Source: a virus
Lineage: Duplodnaviria > Caudoviricetes
Reading direction: 5' to 3' (one strand)
Length of the DNA stretch: 64,000 nucleotides
IMG/VR virus record: IMGVR_UViG_3300027819_000001
Location: 1 to 64,000 of that record
Part shown: in pieces, positions 17,641 to 27,856 of the stretch
Layout: the number at the start of each line of letters is the position of its first letter
How positions within the stretch are numbered: the first letter of the stretch is position 1
Notes under the pieces: generated by a model
Database searches by the model: none
Seen by the model: only the letters and a program-made list of their open reading frames with translations
Told to the model about the DNA's origin: nothing
Program-made: the position numbers and the translations under genes

Positions 17641-18054
17641 TTAACTGTACGGACCATGCGGCACCAGCCCATGGCGGATTCTCCAGTACTGTCCTCCGGG
17701 TGGACCATCCAGATATTGAAGCGTCACCATCTCGCCATCGTAGAGCCAGAAGACACTCGACGAATTGTAGATCCCAGCGATCACAATCAGGTTGCCAGCA
17801 CTGGAAAGGTTTCCAACAAAATCGTACTCGAGAATCCTGCACGTCACACCCGTGTTATTCCAAAGCGTCACGATCCTGCCCTCCTCGCCACCCGCGATGC
17901 CGCTAAGGTCCCACATCCCCGCTGGATCACCTGGAACGGTCGGTTCCAGCCTTACAAAGCTCGCGTAGCCGATGTCGAGATCCCCAACCTGCCCATCCGA
18001 CATTCCAAGGCCACGCGGATACTCTGCCGTTGCACCAAGATTCAGGTTCGCCAT
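17641..18054 (-). CDS. Tail-associated protein, possibly truncated by an in-frame TAA
   Basis: Follows fibre gene; 20 more sense codons after the TAA end at TGA 17578-17580, which overlaps the next ATG. Confidence 0.6.
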   Translation of the reverse strand: MANLNLGATAEYPRGLGMSDGQVGDLDIGYASFVRLEPTVPGDPAGMWDLSGIAGGEEGRIVTLWNNTGVTCRILEYDFVGNLSSAGNLIVIAGIYNSSSVFWLYDGEMVTLQYLDGPPGGQYWRIRHGLVPHGPYS

Positions 18055-18055
18055 A

Positions 18056-20719
18056 TCAGCCCACGACCGCGACGACGAATTCTGGAACTCCAGCAATCAA
18101 TGTTGGAGCCGTACCAAAGTCTAGGCGGATTTGGTTGCTGTTCAGCACCACCACGTTGCAACTCCAAAGCGCGCCTGTGCTGGCCTTCCTGAGGCTGATT
18201 GCAGCCGGGTTGCTGGTGCCAAGATTGTGCGTGACGGTTATACTGGTAGAGGACCCATCCCCAACATTCTCCATGAAGACTTGAGCGACTTTCAGGCGAG
18301 TCACGCTCGCCCCGCTGTAGATGCGCGAGAAATAGAGCCAACGATTCACATCGTCGTACTCGAGCATTCCAGACGTACCGCCTCCCGCCACAGTCGTCGC
18401 GGCCAAAATGAATTGATTCGCTAAACAATAGCCTTCGAATGCTCCACTGGCCGTGCAGTAAAAACTTCCACACGTCACGTCCGCTAGGTTGGTGTCGCTC
18501 GAAACATCTAGTGTTCCTCCAACCAGAGCCCCGGCTGTTACGGTTCCGGCAATCGTAATCGCTCCAAAGCCTGTCGATATGGCTCCTGCCACCAATGTCC
18601 CGACACCGGTAATGCCTGTCGTCTGGCTCCAGGAAGGCGCGACTCCCACCCCACCGCTGATCAGAACCCGGCCCGTCGCCACATCGGCCAGCTTGGCCAA
18701 ACTGGTCGTGGTGTCGGCATACGGAATGTCACCAACCGCATACGACGCAAAGCCAGTTCCACCGTTTGTTGCTGGGAGCGTGCCGGTCACGTGTGTCGTG
18801 AGTCCAACCTTGCCCCAAGCCGGAGCGGTCACGAGACCACCGGAGAGCAGCACATTACCGGTCGCGACATCAGCAAGTGCGGAAAGCGTGGTGGCCCCGC
18901 TGGCATAAATCAAATCACCAACCGCGTAGCTGGTCAGGCCGGTACCGCCCTGGCCGGGAGGAACGGTTCCGGTGATGGCGCTGAATGGAATCGTCGCGGA
19001 ACTGATGAAGTTGTTCGTGCCGTCTGTCAGGACATATTGGTTCGCCGTCAAGGTCGTGACAGTCATGCTATCGAAGGTCCCGGTCCCGGCCACCGTGATA
19101 TCCGTGCCCGTGATGGCACCGCTGAAGCTGGCCGCGCCAGTCGCGAGCGAGATGCTGGTCAGGAGTCCATCCTTCTTGACTGAGAACTTGCTGGATCCAC
19201 CCACTGCCAAACTCATCAGGAGGCTGGCCGCGTTGCTGCTCGAATCGGACACGTTGGCATAGATCAATGTCGGGGTCCCGGACGTGTTCCAGGTATCGCT
19301 CATGACCAGCAGGCCCGTGGCTCCGCTGCCTGTCACCTGGCCACCCGCAACCGTGAAGGCCGCATTGTTGGTCATAGTGAAAGTGAAACCCGCACCCGTT
19401 CCAACCGTCGTCATGGCCACCGCCCCGGCTGCTCCAATCGAAAGTGAAAGGTAATTTGACGTGTCGTATCCAGCCCGGAACTGTTCGGTTGTCCCGAGCG
19501 TGTGGATAAACGCACCAGGCGAAGCCGTCCCAATGCCAAGCTTTCCGGCAGCGGTCAACGTCCCGGCTGTGGCATTATTTGCCATGAAGGTCAGGGCATG
19601 ATTGCTGGTGGTCCCAATCGATCCAGTTGACCCATCATTCTTGGTCGCCAGAACGAGTGAACCACTGGTGTGCTGGAAGCCAACCCCGCTGTTCGTCACG
19701 CCAAGAATACCGGAGGCATACGTGAAGTTTGCGCTATTGGCGAGCGTACTGGTGGTTGCCCCGTAAAGCACGCCGTTGGCTGTCCAGGTGGTGCCAGCAT
19801 TGACCTTGAGGCTGAAGACCGTGCCGGTCAGGTCAATCCCGTTGCCAGCCGAATACGTGCTGGTCTGGAAGAACAACACCCAGTTAAGCGCCGTTGTGTC
19901 CACTGTTGGATTAACGACCGTCTGGCTGTAGGAATGGCCAGCGTTCACGGTTCCAGCCGTAACCAGAATGTAGGCGCCAGCCGTCAACTCCGCGGTCGTG
20001 TCGGCATCCGTCGCCCTAGTCAGCGCAACCGTTCCACCACCCGGAGTGCCAGCCACGTACACACCATCGTAAGCATGACTTGCCGCTACGATTCCATCCG
20101 GGCTCGCCGTGTCCTTTACGAGGATCCTATCTCCAGCGACAATCGTTCCCCCATCCATCGACGTTGAGACAGCCGTCAGATCAGCTATCACCCCTGTCGT
20201 GGCAAGTCGTGCAGGACCACCAGCCAAAGCCCTGAGACCAGTCGATAGGCCATCCACATAGCCCTTGTTGGCCGCATGATCAGTAGCGGTCGGGGTCGCG
20301 ACTCGAAGGGTCCCAGACGTATCGTAGACTGGGATGAAGTTCTGGACGGCTGCGGCACTCGGGTCGCTCACGGCATGATAGCCATCGAGCATGTCAGAGT
20401 TCAGGTACGTGACCTTTCCGGTTCCATTGCTGGCCACCGTGAAAGGCACTACACCCGAGCCTGTCTTGGCGAAGTTCCACGCTGCCGTCACATTTTCCGC
20501 TACGTCCAGGCGGGGAATTGAAATCCAGTCCCCAGTACTCCCGCCGTCCGCCTGCATGTACCAAAGGTGCAACCCCGCAAGATTCGAGTCGAATCCGATC
20601 AATCCCTTGTTCCATGGAGATCCGAAGTCGGAGAAAGCCGTGAAAGGATGAAGGCGGATGTTATTCGCGGGAGCCCCGCTAAAGTCCGCCGTTATTCCCT
20701 TAAATGGAAATGGAACCAT
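18056..20719 (-). CDS. Tail fibre
   Basis: Gly/Ser/Thr-rich; AANKGYVD; GIGTASP; duplicated GT(V/L)P..GGTG.SYAVGD..YA unit. Confidence 0.85.
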   Translation of the reverse strand: MVPFPFKGITADFSGAPANNIRLHPFTAFSDFGSPWNKGLIGFDSNLAGLHLWYMQADGGSTGDWISIPRLDVAENVTAAWNFAKTGSGVVPFTVASNGTGKVTYLNSDMLDGYHAVSDPSAAAVQNFIPVYDTSGTLRVATPTATDHAANKGYVDGLSTGLRALAGGPARLATTGVIADLTAVSTSMDGGTIVAGDRILVKDTASPDGIVAASHAYDGVYVAGTPGGGTVALTRATDADTTAELTAGAYILVTAGTVNAGHSYSQTVVNPTVDTTALNWVLFFQTSTYSAGNGIDLTGTVFSLKVNAGTTWTANGVLYGATTSTLANSANFTYASGILGVTNSGVGFQHTSGSLVLATKNDGSTGSIGTTSNHALTFMANNATAGTLTAAGKLGIGTASPGAFIHTLGTTEQFRAGYDTSNYLSLSIGAAGAVAMTTVGTGAGFTFTMTNNAAFTVAGGQVTGSGATGLLVMSDTWNTSGTPTLIYANVSDSSSNAASLLMSLAVGGSSKFSVKKDGLLTSISLATGAASFSGAITGTDITVAGTGTFDSMTVTTLTANQYVLTDGTNNFISSATIPFSAITGTVPPGQGGTGLTSYAVGDLIYASGATTLSALADVATGNVLLSGGLVTAPAWGKVGLTTHVTGTLPATNGGTGFASYAVGDIPYADTTTSLAKLADVATGRVLISGGVGVAPSWSQTTGITGVGTLVAGAISTGFGAITIAGTVTAGALVGGTLDVSSDTNLADVTCGSFYCTASGAFEGYCLANQFILAATTVAGGGTSGMLEYDDVNRWLYFSRIYSGASVTRLKVAQVFMENVGDGSSTSITVTHNLGTSNPAAISLRKASTGALWSCNVVVLNSNQIRLDFGTAPTLIAGVPEFVVAVVG

Positions 20720-20722
20720 ACG

Positions 20723-21355
20723 TCAGAACAGTAGCGAGGCTTTCCCGGAATAGGAAGCCCCAAGATAAATCACCACTTGGTCGTTCGTTGCCTCCACAGC
20801 TTGTGCTCCAAACGGCACCCCAACATCGTCCGTAAGATGGATAGAAGCAGGATACTTCCCGAGGCGGTGAGTGATCGGCCATGTGTCCAGCGCGATTACC
20901 TGGACATGGTTGTACCGGACAACGTGATCAACCAGTTCAAGAGCGGTCACTCTGGCATCCAAGGCTGCTATCAAAGCCAACAAGTTCGCCTCTAAGGCGG
21001 CAATGGAAGCCTTCACTTCAGATATGTCCGACGCTTCCTGTGCAACGAGAGCCGCGATCTTAACGTTAAGATCCGTGATCGAGCTATCCACGACCAAAAG
21101 TTTGTCCGTGATAGAGCCAATTTCATCGACCTCGCCAGTATCGAACATCCTGGTCATTTGATCAGAAAGCTCCCTACGAAATCTTTCCCATTGTTCCTGG
21201 TACGCTATCCAGCCAGCTTTGGTTTCTGGTCTCGATCCGGTTATCGACTCTGGCGCTACCGGGGTTCGAGGCAGGATAACCGGGCTTACTCTACTGGTGA
21301 CCGCGAGAGCTTTACGAGGCGCTTGTCCTCTGAATTTTGGATTGATGTCCGCCAT
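20723..21355 (-). CDS. Tail protein with coiled coil and C-terminal W.I.H.LG.YP domain
   Basis: Heptad pattern; motif common at phage fibre ends. Confidence 0.65.
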   Translation of the reverse strand: MADINPKFRGQAPRKALAVTSRVSPVILPRTPVAPESITGSRPETKAGWIAYQEQWERFRRELSDQMTRMFDTGEVDEIGSITDKLLVVDSSITDLNVKIAALVAQEASDISEVKASIAALEANLLALIAALDARVTALELVDHVVRYNHVQVIALDTWPITHRLGKYPASIHLTDDVGVPFGAQAVEATNDQVVIYLGASYSGKASLLF

Positions 21356-21356
21356 A

Positions 21357-23438
21357 TCAGAGCTTGTTGTCGAATCGCAATCCAACCGTCTGTCCAATGG
21401 CCGATATTTGGCAAGCACCTCCGGTCCCGGAAATCTTGATCTCCCAGTACAGGCATTGTCCTCGCCTGTACAGCGGCCATTTCATTGGCCCAGACGTTGG
21501 CCTTTGATTGTTGTCCTCCAACACGGACACATCCGAATCGCCACAATCGAGGTATTTAACCTCCTGGACCTCCCACAGCAGAGGACATACGCCGTCATTG
21601 TTTGGATCGACCGGCCTTGCCGATACTCCGACTCGCACGTATAGCGGCGAAGGTGTAGTCTGAATTTCTGGAAGGATGTCCAAGAGGAACTCGGTGAACT
21701 CCTTCTCAAACGACCTTTGATCGAACGTTTCAGCCCCGCTTCGCAGAATGGAATCGTATCCATCCAGCACGTATGTCCCAATACTTGACGTGTACCCTCT
21801 CCTGGCATTCTCTCCCACCGCCGTCGTGTTTGTGCATCTCTCCCTTGAGAACGTTTCCTGGTCGAACTCCTTGATGCACCAGTCAACCGAACATGCTCCA
21901 GCAAACACGCTTCCTTGAGGGCATGGATCACAGTCCATTTCTTCGATGAGCGCGCAGACAGAATTAGCACTCGGCTGTGCCTGAGTCCAGTCCTCCACAG
22001 TTGCTCCATCAATGGTTACCTCGACCGTCGTGTAGAGCGGCCCGAGTGCCGGGCAGTTTGTCGGAATGTTCTGCGGCAACCCCTGCTTCACAATCGCCAA
22101 CCCCTGTCCATCTTGGCCAAGCTCAGACGGTGTGCAAATGCAGTTCGAAATCAGGAAGTCGTACACTGTCTTTCGAACATTGTGCTCCGAGTTGCAGAAG
22201 GCGGTGAATCCATGGTCAATTGTGTGGCATGTCCTCTGCGCTGTATCGATCACAAACGTACGATCGTTGAGCCCGGTTGTTGAAAGCTTTGGCGTCCAGG
22301 AGAAGTAGATTGACTTGTCCGACGCATTGAATGCCGCACAGTGGGACTCGCACCAGGTATTGCTGATGTCGTTGAAAATTACCGCCGTGCCAGCGTGTAT
22401 CCAGTCCAATCTCTCCGGTGCCTGGGAGAACACAGAGAATCGGTACATGCCATCTCGACCTGCGTAAACAACCTCATCCCCGATGCTGCACAGAGTGTTG
22501 CGGTAAAACAGGCACGCCTCGCCTGTCTTCGTAGGTGTGTACTTCTTGTCGAAGGAGAACGGTTGATCAACCTGCCCAACCAAGCCCATGATCCAAATCC
22601 GCTTGTTGGTAAAGATCAGGAAGTACTGGCCAAGCTCAATGCCGTCCACGATCTCTTCGCCAGGGTCAAGATCCTGAAACCCAGCAATTGAGTCCAGCTT
22701 TCCAGGGTCCCACGAAAGAGGATCGTCCTTGTCGCTCCAGTAAATTCGATTCAGGTAACGCACACCGCCAACCTCAACGTTCGCGATGAAGGAGACTCCC
22801 TGCCACGACCAGACAGCTTTAGCCTTTCGTATTTGGAACGTCAGAAGATCAGGTATTGGATGCACCGCCTGCAAAGCACACCCAAGCGTTGGAGCGTCAA
22901 ACTGCCAGGAAAGGATGTCGTCGTAGTCGTTGGTGAAGAGGACGTAATCTCCGTTCTGCGCAGCCCTGAAACGAATCTTCGGAGCCGTTCCATCATCAGT
23001 CCCTTGTCCATACCCGTCCCCAATGATCTTGTAATTCTGTCCGTACTCGTAACCGGCATACAACCGAGACTCTGTTCCAACGATGAGCCGTCGCACCCCT
23101 GAGGAGGAAGTCGCCTGGAACATCATCGTAATCGGTTGCCGTCCAGTATCTCGGACTTGGAGTTCTCCTTCACAATCGCCTGGAAACACCCTCTCGCTAT
23201 CAGGTCCACCAGCGTAGTAAGTCTGCAACACCAGAAGCTGATCGTGGAGATCGGAGTTTCCATTCCCATATTTCGTCCATCCTCCCGAGCGAACGAGCTT
23301 GTTTGGGTCAGGCGTGTGAAAGTTCTGCCGCATCCGGACGGCACCAGGGATCATGAGGTCCGGATTCGACCGGTTATCCAACACCCCGGTCACCGGCCTT
23401 ATCCACTTTGTCTCTGGAATCTGGCGTGCTTTGGCCAT
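21357..23438 (-). CDS. Tail stabilisation/nozzle protein (P22 gp10 / T7 gp12-like)
   Basis: 693 aa, beta-propeller-like repeats (YVLFTND, RIYWSDKDDPLSW, FLIFT); position. Confidence 0.7.
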   Translation of the reverse strand: MAKARQIPETKWIRPVTGVLDNRSNPDLMIPGAVRMRQNFHTPDPNKLVRSGGWTKYGNGNSDLHDQLLVLQTYYAGGPDSERVFPGDCEGELQVRDTGRQPITMMFQATSSSGVRRLIVGTESRLYAGYEYGQNYKIIGDGYGQGTDDGTAPKIRFRAAQNGDYVLFTNDYDDILSWQFDAPTLGCALQAVHPIPDLLTFQIRKAKAVWSWQGVSFIANVEVGGVRYLNRIYWSDKDDPLSWDPGKLDSIAGFQDLDPGEEIVDGIELGQYFLIFTNKRIWIMGLVGQVDQPFSFDKKYTPTKTGEACLFYRNTLCSIGDEVVYAGRDGMYRFSVFSQAPERLDWIHAGTAVIFNDISNTWCESHCAAFNASDKSIYFSWTPKLSTTGLNDRTFVIDTAQRTCHTIDHGFTAFCNSEHNVRKTVYDFLISNCICTPSELGQDGQGLAIVKQGLPQNIPTNCPALGPLYTTVEVTIDGATVEDWTQAQPSANSVCALIEEMDCDPCPQGSVFAGACSVDWCIKEFDQETFSRERCTNTTAVGENARRGYTSSIGTYVLDGYDSILRSGAETFDQRSFEKEFTEFLLDILPEIQTTPSPLYVRVGVSARPVDPNNDGVCPLLWEVQEVKYLDCGDSDVSVLEDNNQRPTSGPMKWPLYRRGQCLYWEIKISGTGGACQISAIGQTVGLRFDNKL

Positions 23439-23447
23439 GGGCGTCTC

Positions 23448-24077
23448 TCAGGACTTAATATAGCTGTACAGCGCAATGTAAGGTGGCCTGTTCTCGTGCG
23501 GCAGGCCACCACCGGTAGGCTGCAATATGTCCTCGTTTCCGGAGTTGGCCGCATCTGCACCCCCCACAGCATCAACATCATTCGTTGGTGGAGATGTTAA
23601 ATGGACCTTGTTAGGTTGCAAAAGATGCGTGTGGGAGGGCATCTCTGGAATCGTGAGCGTGTGCTCCTTCTCACCACCGGTATCACCCAAGCTGTATTGG
23701 TCTCCGGCAAACGTGAGAAACCGATTGTTCAGGTTCGGAAGTCTGAAATTGTTGACGACATCCGACGCCGGTCCGTACTGGTCTCCGATGATATCCCACA
23801 GTGCGGAATATGTGATCTTTGAAACGTCCTGCCCATTGCATAGAAGCCAGTTTTCATCCTGGGCAGACGGAGCCGCTGAGATTCGAATATCACCTGTGTG
23901 GTAAACCTCACGAAGGAACGCAGGGGTGAGCTTTCCGATAGTGCTCCACATCCATTTGAAGAACACCCAGTCCTTGGCTGGCTTTGCGATCCAACTGTCC
24001 TGAACCTTGGTGCAGGCATCCGCATTACTGTTTGGGAGCAGCGCCTCGAACTCTGATGGTAAAACTGGACTGGCCAT
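23448..24077 (-). CDS. Phage tail-collar domain protein
   Basis: WLLCNGQ.VSK.TY..LW.IIG..YG...F.LPNL; GGEKEHTLTIPEMPSHTH; HENRPPYIAL. Confidence 0.9.
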   Translation of the reverse strand: MASPVLPSEFEALLPNSNADACTKVQDSWIAKPAKDWVFFKWMWSTIGKLTPAFLREVYHTGDIRISAAPSAQDENWLLCNGQDVSKITYSALWDIIGDQYGPASDVVNNFRLPNLNNRFLTFAGDQYSLGDTGGEKEHTLTIPEMPSHTHLLQPNKVHLTSPPTNDVDAVGGADAANSGNEDILQPTGGGLPHENRPPYIALYSYIKS

Positions 24078-24116
24078 GAACGGGAGTATTTACCCGTTCT
24101 CCGCAGGCAATCAACC

Positions 24117-24827
24117 TTAAACTGGAACGGCGGGATCGAACTGGAGTCCGAGAACAAGCGTTGCCTCAAGCCATTTTGGCATCCAACTCTTCTGCCTGAA
24201 GTTGTTTGCCAAATGAAAGCACGGCGATCTTTCCCACTCTCCTGGACCGTCTAAAGGATCTTTGTAGTTCCTCACCCAGTTGAGCCGATGGCACTTCGCA
24301 CGCTTCCTCAGAATGTGCATGTCTTGGATGTTTGGCACTCCGTTGACGAGATCCTCAAGTGGATGCCGGTCGCTATCCTCGATCTCGTAGTTCACCATGC
24401 ATTGGACAAGGTGATTCAATCCGGCAGCGTCCGCAGCCCAGATCCCAGGACCACCGTCGTGATGACCGCAGATGAGGCCATGCGTACCGAAGTCGGCTGT
24501 GACCTGTCTCGGAGTAAAGTCAAACCCTGCGTTTGGAAACACGTCGTAGTCCGCAAACAGGACAATCTCCCCTGGAACCAGAATGTGGGAGCAGCACCAT
24601 CGGATGAAGCAGTAATACTCGTAGAGCTTATTGTTCACTGATGGCCATTGATCGGCCTTCTTTGACAGCGGTCCAAACTGCCTGTGGTAGCAGACATCAT
24701 CCAAGCTGAGCACGCGAGGCAGGAACCCAGCCTTTTTCCACTGCCTCTTCCAAAGGTTGATCATCATCTGGCTATCCTCCGCAGAATCGCCACCATCGTA
24801 ATCTTCGTGAAACGTCAGGATTCTCAT
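24117..24827 (-). CDS. Putative GT-A-fold glycosyltransferase
   Basis: VLFADYDV (DxD), QDMHIL, CFHLAN. Confidence 0.6.
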   Translation of the reverse strand: MRILTFHEDYDGGDSAEDSQMMINLWKRQWKKAGFLPRVLSLDDVCYHRQFGPLSKKADQWPSVNNKLYEYYCFIRWCCSHILVPGEIVLFADYDVFPNAGFDFTPRQVTADFGTHGLICGHHDGGPGIWAADAAGLNHLVQCMVNYEIEDSDRHPLEDLVNGVPNIQDMHILRKRAKCHRLNWVRNYKDPLDGPGEWERSPCFHLANNFRQKSWMPKWLEATLVLGLQFDPAVPV

Positions 24828-25447
24828 CGTGCAAATCGGTTTACCACATCCTTGTTGAACACAACCTTGGTAGGAGTACCGGTACCAGCGTGTGGCCAGG
24901 TTGGAGCGTAACCGATGCGCATCACACAGCTTGGCCAGCGCATTACGTAGTCCGATCCGCGTTGGTCCTTTGAGACTCCGCAGCTCCTATCGTTGTCCTC
25001 GATGATGAACTTGCACGGAAGCTTTTGGGACTGTACGTGCTTCACAGCCTCATAGAGATGCCCATTGTCTTCGGCGCCATCACCAACGAAGCACCAGACA
25101 GATTTGCCGGTGTCCTTGAGGCCAAGTGCTAATCCGGCAGCAATCCCGCACATCCCTCCAAGGACCGAGGAGGACATGAAATTGATCTCACTGTCGAAGA
25201 CGAACATGCTCTTCCCAGTCCTGATCTTGCCTTCAAGCATTGCCTCACTCCCGCCAGTCAGCACGTAATGGTAGTGGCTACGGTGGTTCGACAAGACCCA
25301 ATCTCCTGGACTCACGAACGTGAATAGGTCGATCAACGCCTGCTCATTCCCTCCGCTGAGATGCATTAGGAACGGCAGGTCACCGGTCTCGAACAGATCG
25401 GCTACGCGCTTCTCAAACGCCATCAGACTTTCGGGTGTGTGTTTCAT
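24824..25447 (-). CDS. TPP-dependent enzyme, E1-alpha-like subunit
   Basis: HLSGGNE, SNHRSHYH, CFVGDGAEDNG...IEDN (GDG..N TPP motif). Confidence 0.9.
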   Translation of the reverse strand: MKHTPESLMAFEKRVADLFETGDLPFLMHLSGGNEQALIDLFTFVSPGDWVLSNHRSHYHYVLTGGSEAMLEGKIRTGKSMFVFDSEINFMSSSVLGGMCGIAAGLALGLKDTGKSVWCFVGDGAEDNGHLYEAVKHVQSQKLPCKFIIEDNDRSCGVSKDQRGSDYVMRWPSCVMRIGYAPTWPHAGTGTPTKVVFNKDVVNRFAR

Positions 25448-26538
25448 ACGAATGGATCCTCGTGCATATCCACCAACTGTTCAAAAAAATCAATCTTGCG
25501 GTGAGCCTTGCACTCATGGCGGCACACCTTTGAAGGGTCCAAATCCTTCCACTTCTTAATGTGCTCCGGTGATCCCCAGAAGTCGATGAACCGTTTGTCA
25601 GCCAGGGAACCAAGCTTGCCGTGCTCCGTATAGGCCGTATCGGTGCAGGCATAAACGCATTGGTCCGCCCCGATGACCGGCACGGTCGTCGAGTAGAGGC
25701 ACCGCTTGAATGGACGCTCCAGCTTCTTGGAGTTGTCGTCGAGCTTGTACGTCGAGTTGACGGAGAAGGTGCTGTCACAGAGTGACGTTATCTCCTGGAG
25801 TTGGGCCTCAACGCTCTCTTTGATCGCAGCGTGATATGCCTGGAAACCTTCCACCCAGACGGGAGAGAATCGGATGTTCTGAACCCCAATGCCCTTGAGC
25901 AGTTTCGAGAATTCGATCAGGCCAGTGCAGTTGTAGCGCGTGACGATGTAATTCACTCCAAGGTCGCACTTCGCGGGCTTAATTGTCGCGAAGAATTCCA
26001 GGTTTTTCATCACGCCAGCGAACGAGGACAGAGAAACATTTCTTGAATCCGCCATCGTTCGAGCATCGGTATAGTCGATACTCACACGAACCCACTTTCC
26101 CTGCCTCAAAATCTCCGCCCTTTCCCCGTTCAGGCTTTGACCATTCGTGATTGCCGATAGCGCGATTCCATTCTCAAGCGTCCTTTCCATGATTCGGCAG
26201 ATGCCTGGATGGATCAATGGCTCACCGCCTCCGGAATACGTGACCGCCTTCACTCCCATGGCTTTGAAGTCATCGAGAATCTCGATCATCTTCTCTGTTG
26301 GTATCACATCCCGCTCGTTCATTTCACCATGCATCCCGCCCTGGAGATGATCCTCCTGTCCATGATCCGATGGTCTTTTAGTCCCATCAGAAAATGTGCA
26401 AAAACGGCACGCGTGATTACAGCGATTGGTTGGCTTAACCCTCAGGTAAAGCGGAGGAGTTATCCGGTTTTCCCGGAACGCTTGGAGCTTCTCTGGATAC
26501 TGGACGATCTTGAGGTCGCTGTACTTGTTGTTGTTCAT
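25444..26538 (-). CDS. Radical SAM enzyme with SPASM/twitch domain
   Basis: CNHACRFC, SGGGEPLIHP, ITNG, VRVSID; C-terminal C...C...C-x3-C; start MNNNKY by ATGA overlap. Confidence 0.9.
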   Translation of the reverse strand: MNNNKYSDLKIVQYPEKLQAFRENRITPPLYLRVKPTNRCNHACRFCTFSDGTKRPSDHGQEDHLQGGMHGEMNERDVIPTEKMIEILDDFKAMGVKAVTYSGGGEPLIHPGICRIMERTLENGIALSAITNGQSLNGERAEILRQGKWVRVSIDYTDARTMADSRNVSLSSFAGVMKNLEFFATIKPAKCDLGVNYIVTRYNCTGLIEFSKLLKGIGVQNIRFSPVWVEGFQAYHAAIKESVEAQLQEITSLCDSTFSVNSTYKLDDNSKKLERPFKRCLYSTTVPVIGADQCVYACTDTAYTEHGKLGSLADKRFIDFWGSPEHIKKWKDLDPSKVCRHECKAHRKIDFFEQLVDMHEDPFV

Positions 26539-27077
26539 CGGACGTAAATGAGGTTGGCGACGGTTTGGTGGACAACGCGGTAACCATTGGATAGAAGGAG
26601 ATCGCGCAGCCGGAAGTCTTCTCCAATTCCTTTGGTGTTGTATTCGGCAACGATCACCCTTGGCCCATGAGCCATGTAATCGATCCCGGACATCACGTCG
26701 CACTCGTGCCCCTCCACATCAATGGAGATGAAGTCAGGCATGATTGGAGAGCATAGCTGCATGATTGGAATCGCATCCTTATGCTTCTTTGCATAGTCAA
26801 CTCTGGAGAGTTGCGGATCCGTAGGATTGAAATCAAATCCAACCTTTGGATGCGGAGATACGATGGCTGTCAGAAGTTTTCCAGGTCTCCAGAATTGTTG
26901 CCAAATCGGATCCGCATCCACTGAAATTCCTTCCCAGTCCTTGTCACGCAGAAATGCTGTATTGCTTCCTCTCGATGGGTGGGCTGCTCCGATATCCAGG
27001 TATCGTCCACCACCAAGCATAACCAGGTTTTCATCGATCCACTTGTCCTCTCCGTATTCAGAATAGTATTGCTTCAT
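26535..27077 (-). CDS. FkbM-family methyltransferase
   Basis: YSEYGED, YLDIGAAHP..GSNT, DFISIDVEGHE. Confidence 0.9.
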   Translation of the reverse strand: MKQYYSEYGEDKWIDENLVMLGGGRYLDIGAAHPSRGSNTAFLRDKDWEGISVDADPIWQQFWRPGKLLTAIVSPHPKVGFDFNPTDPQLSRVDYAKKHKDAIPIMQLCSPIMPDFISIDVEGHECDVMSGIDYMAHGPRVIVAEYNTKGIGEDFRLRDLLLSNGYRVVHQTVANLIYVR

Positions 27078-27856
27078 CTTGGTATCGTGACAGGTTCGGT
27101 TTTGTTTGCCAGCCAGTCGTGGCCAGCCGTCTCTGGCCAAAATTCATCGAGTTTAACCGGCCACACCGTGTTCGACTGGAGCTTTAGCCAGTTGGCCAGT
27201 TTGAAAGATCGATCACCGTAGTATCGTTCTTTGAACGCAACCTGCTCCTCAAACACGTAAGCGGGATGATCGAACACGAGTCCCATCGATGACGAGATGT
27301 CACGTTCCATGTGCTTTCCGTTCCATCGGATGACTGGGTTTTCGTGGCTCTGCCACAGCCCGCCACGGTAAACATGTGTTCTGATCCAGTCGTGCTTCAT
27401 TGGTTCGAACAGAAGTTCTATATCCATGCCGAGAAACGGTTTGCACAGGTATTGACCACGACCAAATCCATCGTACGAGAACAAGTCGTGAATCAGTTCG
27501 AGTTGTGATGCTGCCCAAAGCTCATCGGCGTCAATCTCGTGGAGAACGTCGCCAACTGAAATCTTTCCGAGTGGCGCGTTGCACATCTCCACCTTGCCTC
27601 TCCAATATCGATTCTTTCGAGACACGGAGATATCCTTGCACAATATCGAATCGATGTACTCCGTGGTTCCATCTATTGATCTAAAACCGCTATGGTACTC
27701 CCGAGGAAATGGCTTACACCAACCAGTGCAACCGTGTGGCGCTGCTGGTCCCTCAACGATGTGCCAATGCCACGGACAGGAAAGCTTCGAGAACTCTGGC
27801 AGGTGATGCTTGATGAATGGCATCCCGTTCTGGACGATGGTGAAAATCTGGAGCAT
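27074..27856 (-). CDS. GT-A (GT2-like) glycosyltransferase
   Basis: IFTIVQNG, WHIVEG, SIDGTTEY, HEIDADELW, VFDH. Confidence 0.75.
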   Translation of the reverse strand: MLQIFTIVQNGMPFIKHHLPEFSKLSCPWHWHIVEGPAAPHGCTGWCKPFPREYHSGFRSIDGTTEYIDSILCKDISVSRKNRYWRGKVEMCNAPLGKISVGDVLHEIDADELWAASQLELIHDLFSYDGFGRGQYLCKPFLGMDIELLFEPMKHDWIRTHVYRGGLWQSHENPVIRWNGKHMERDISSSMGLVFDHPAYVFEEQVAFKERYYGDRSFKLANWLKLQSNTVWPVKLDEFWPETAGHDWLANKTEPVTIPR

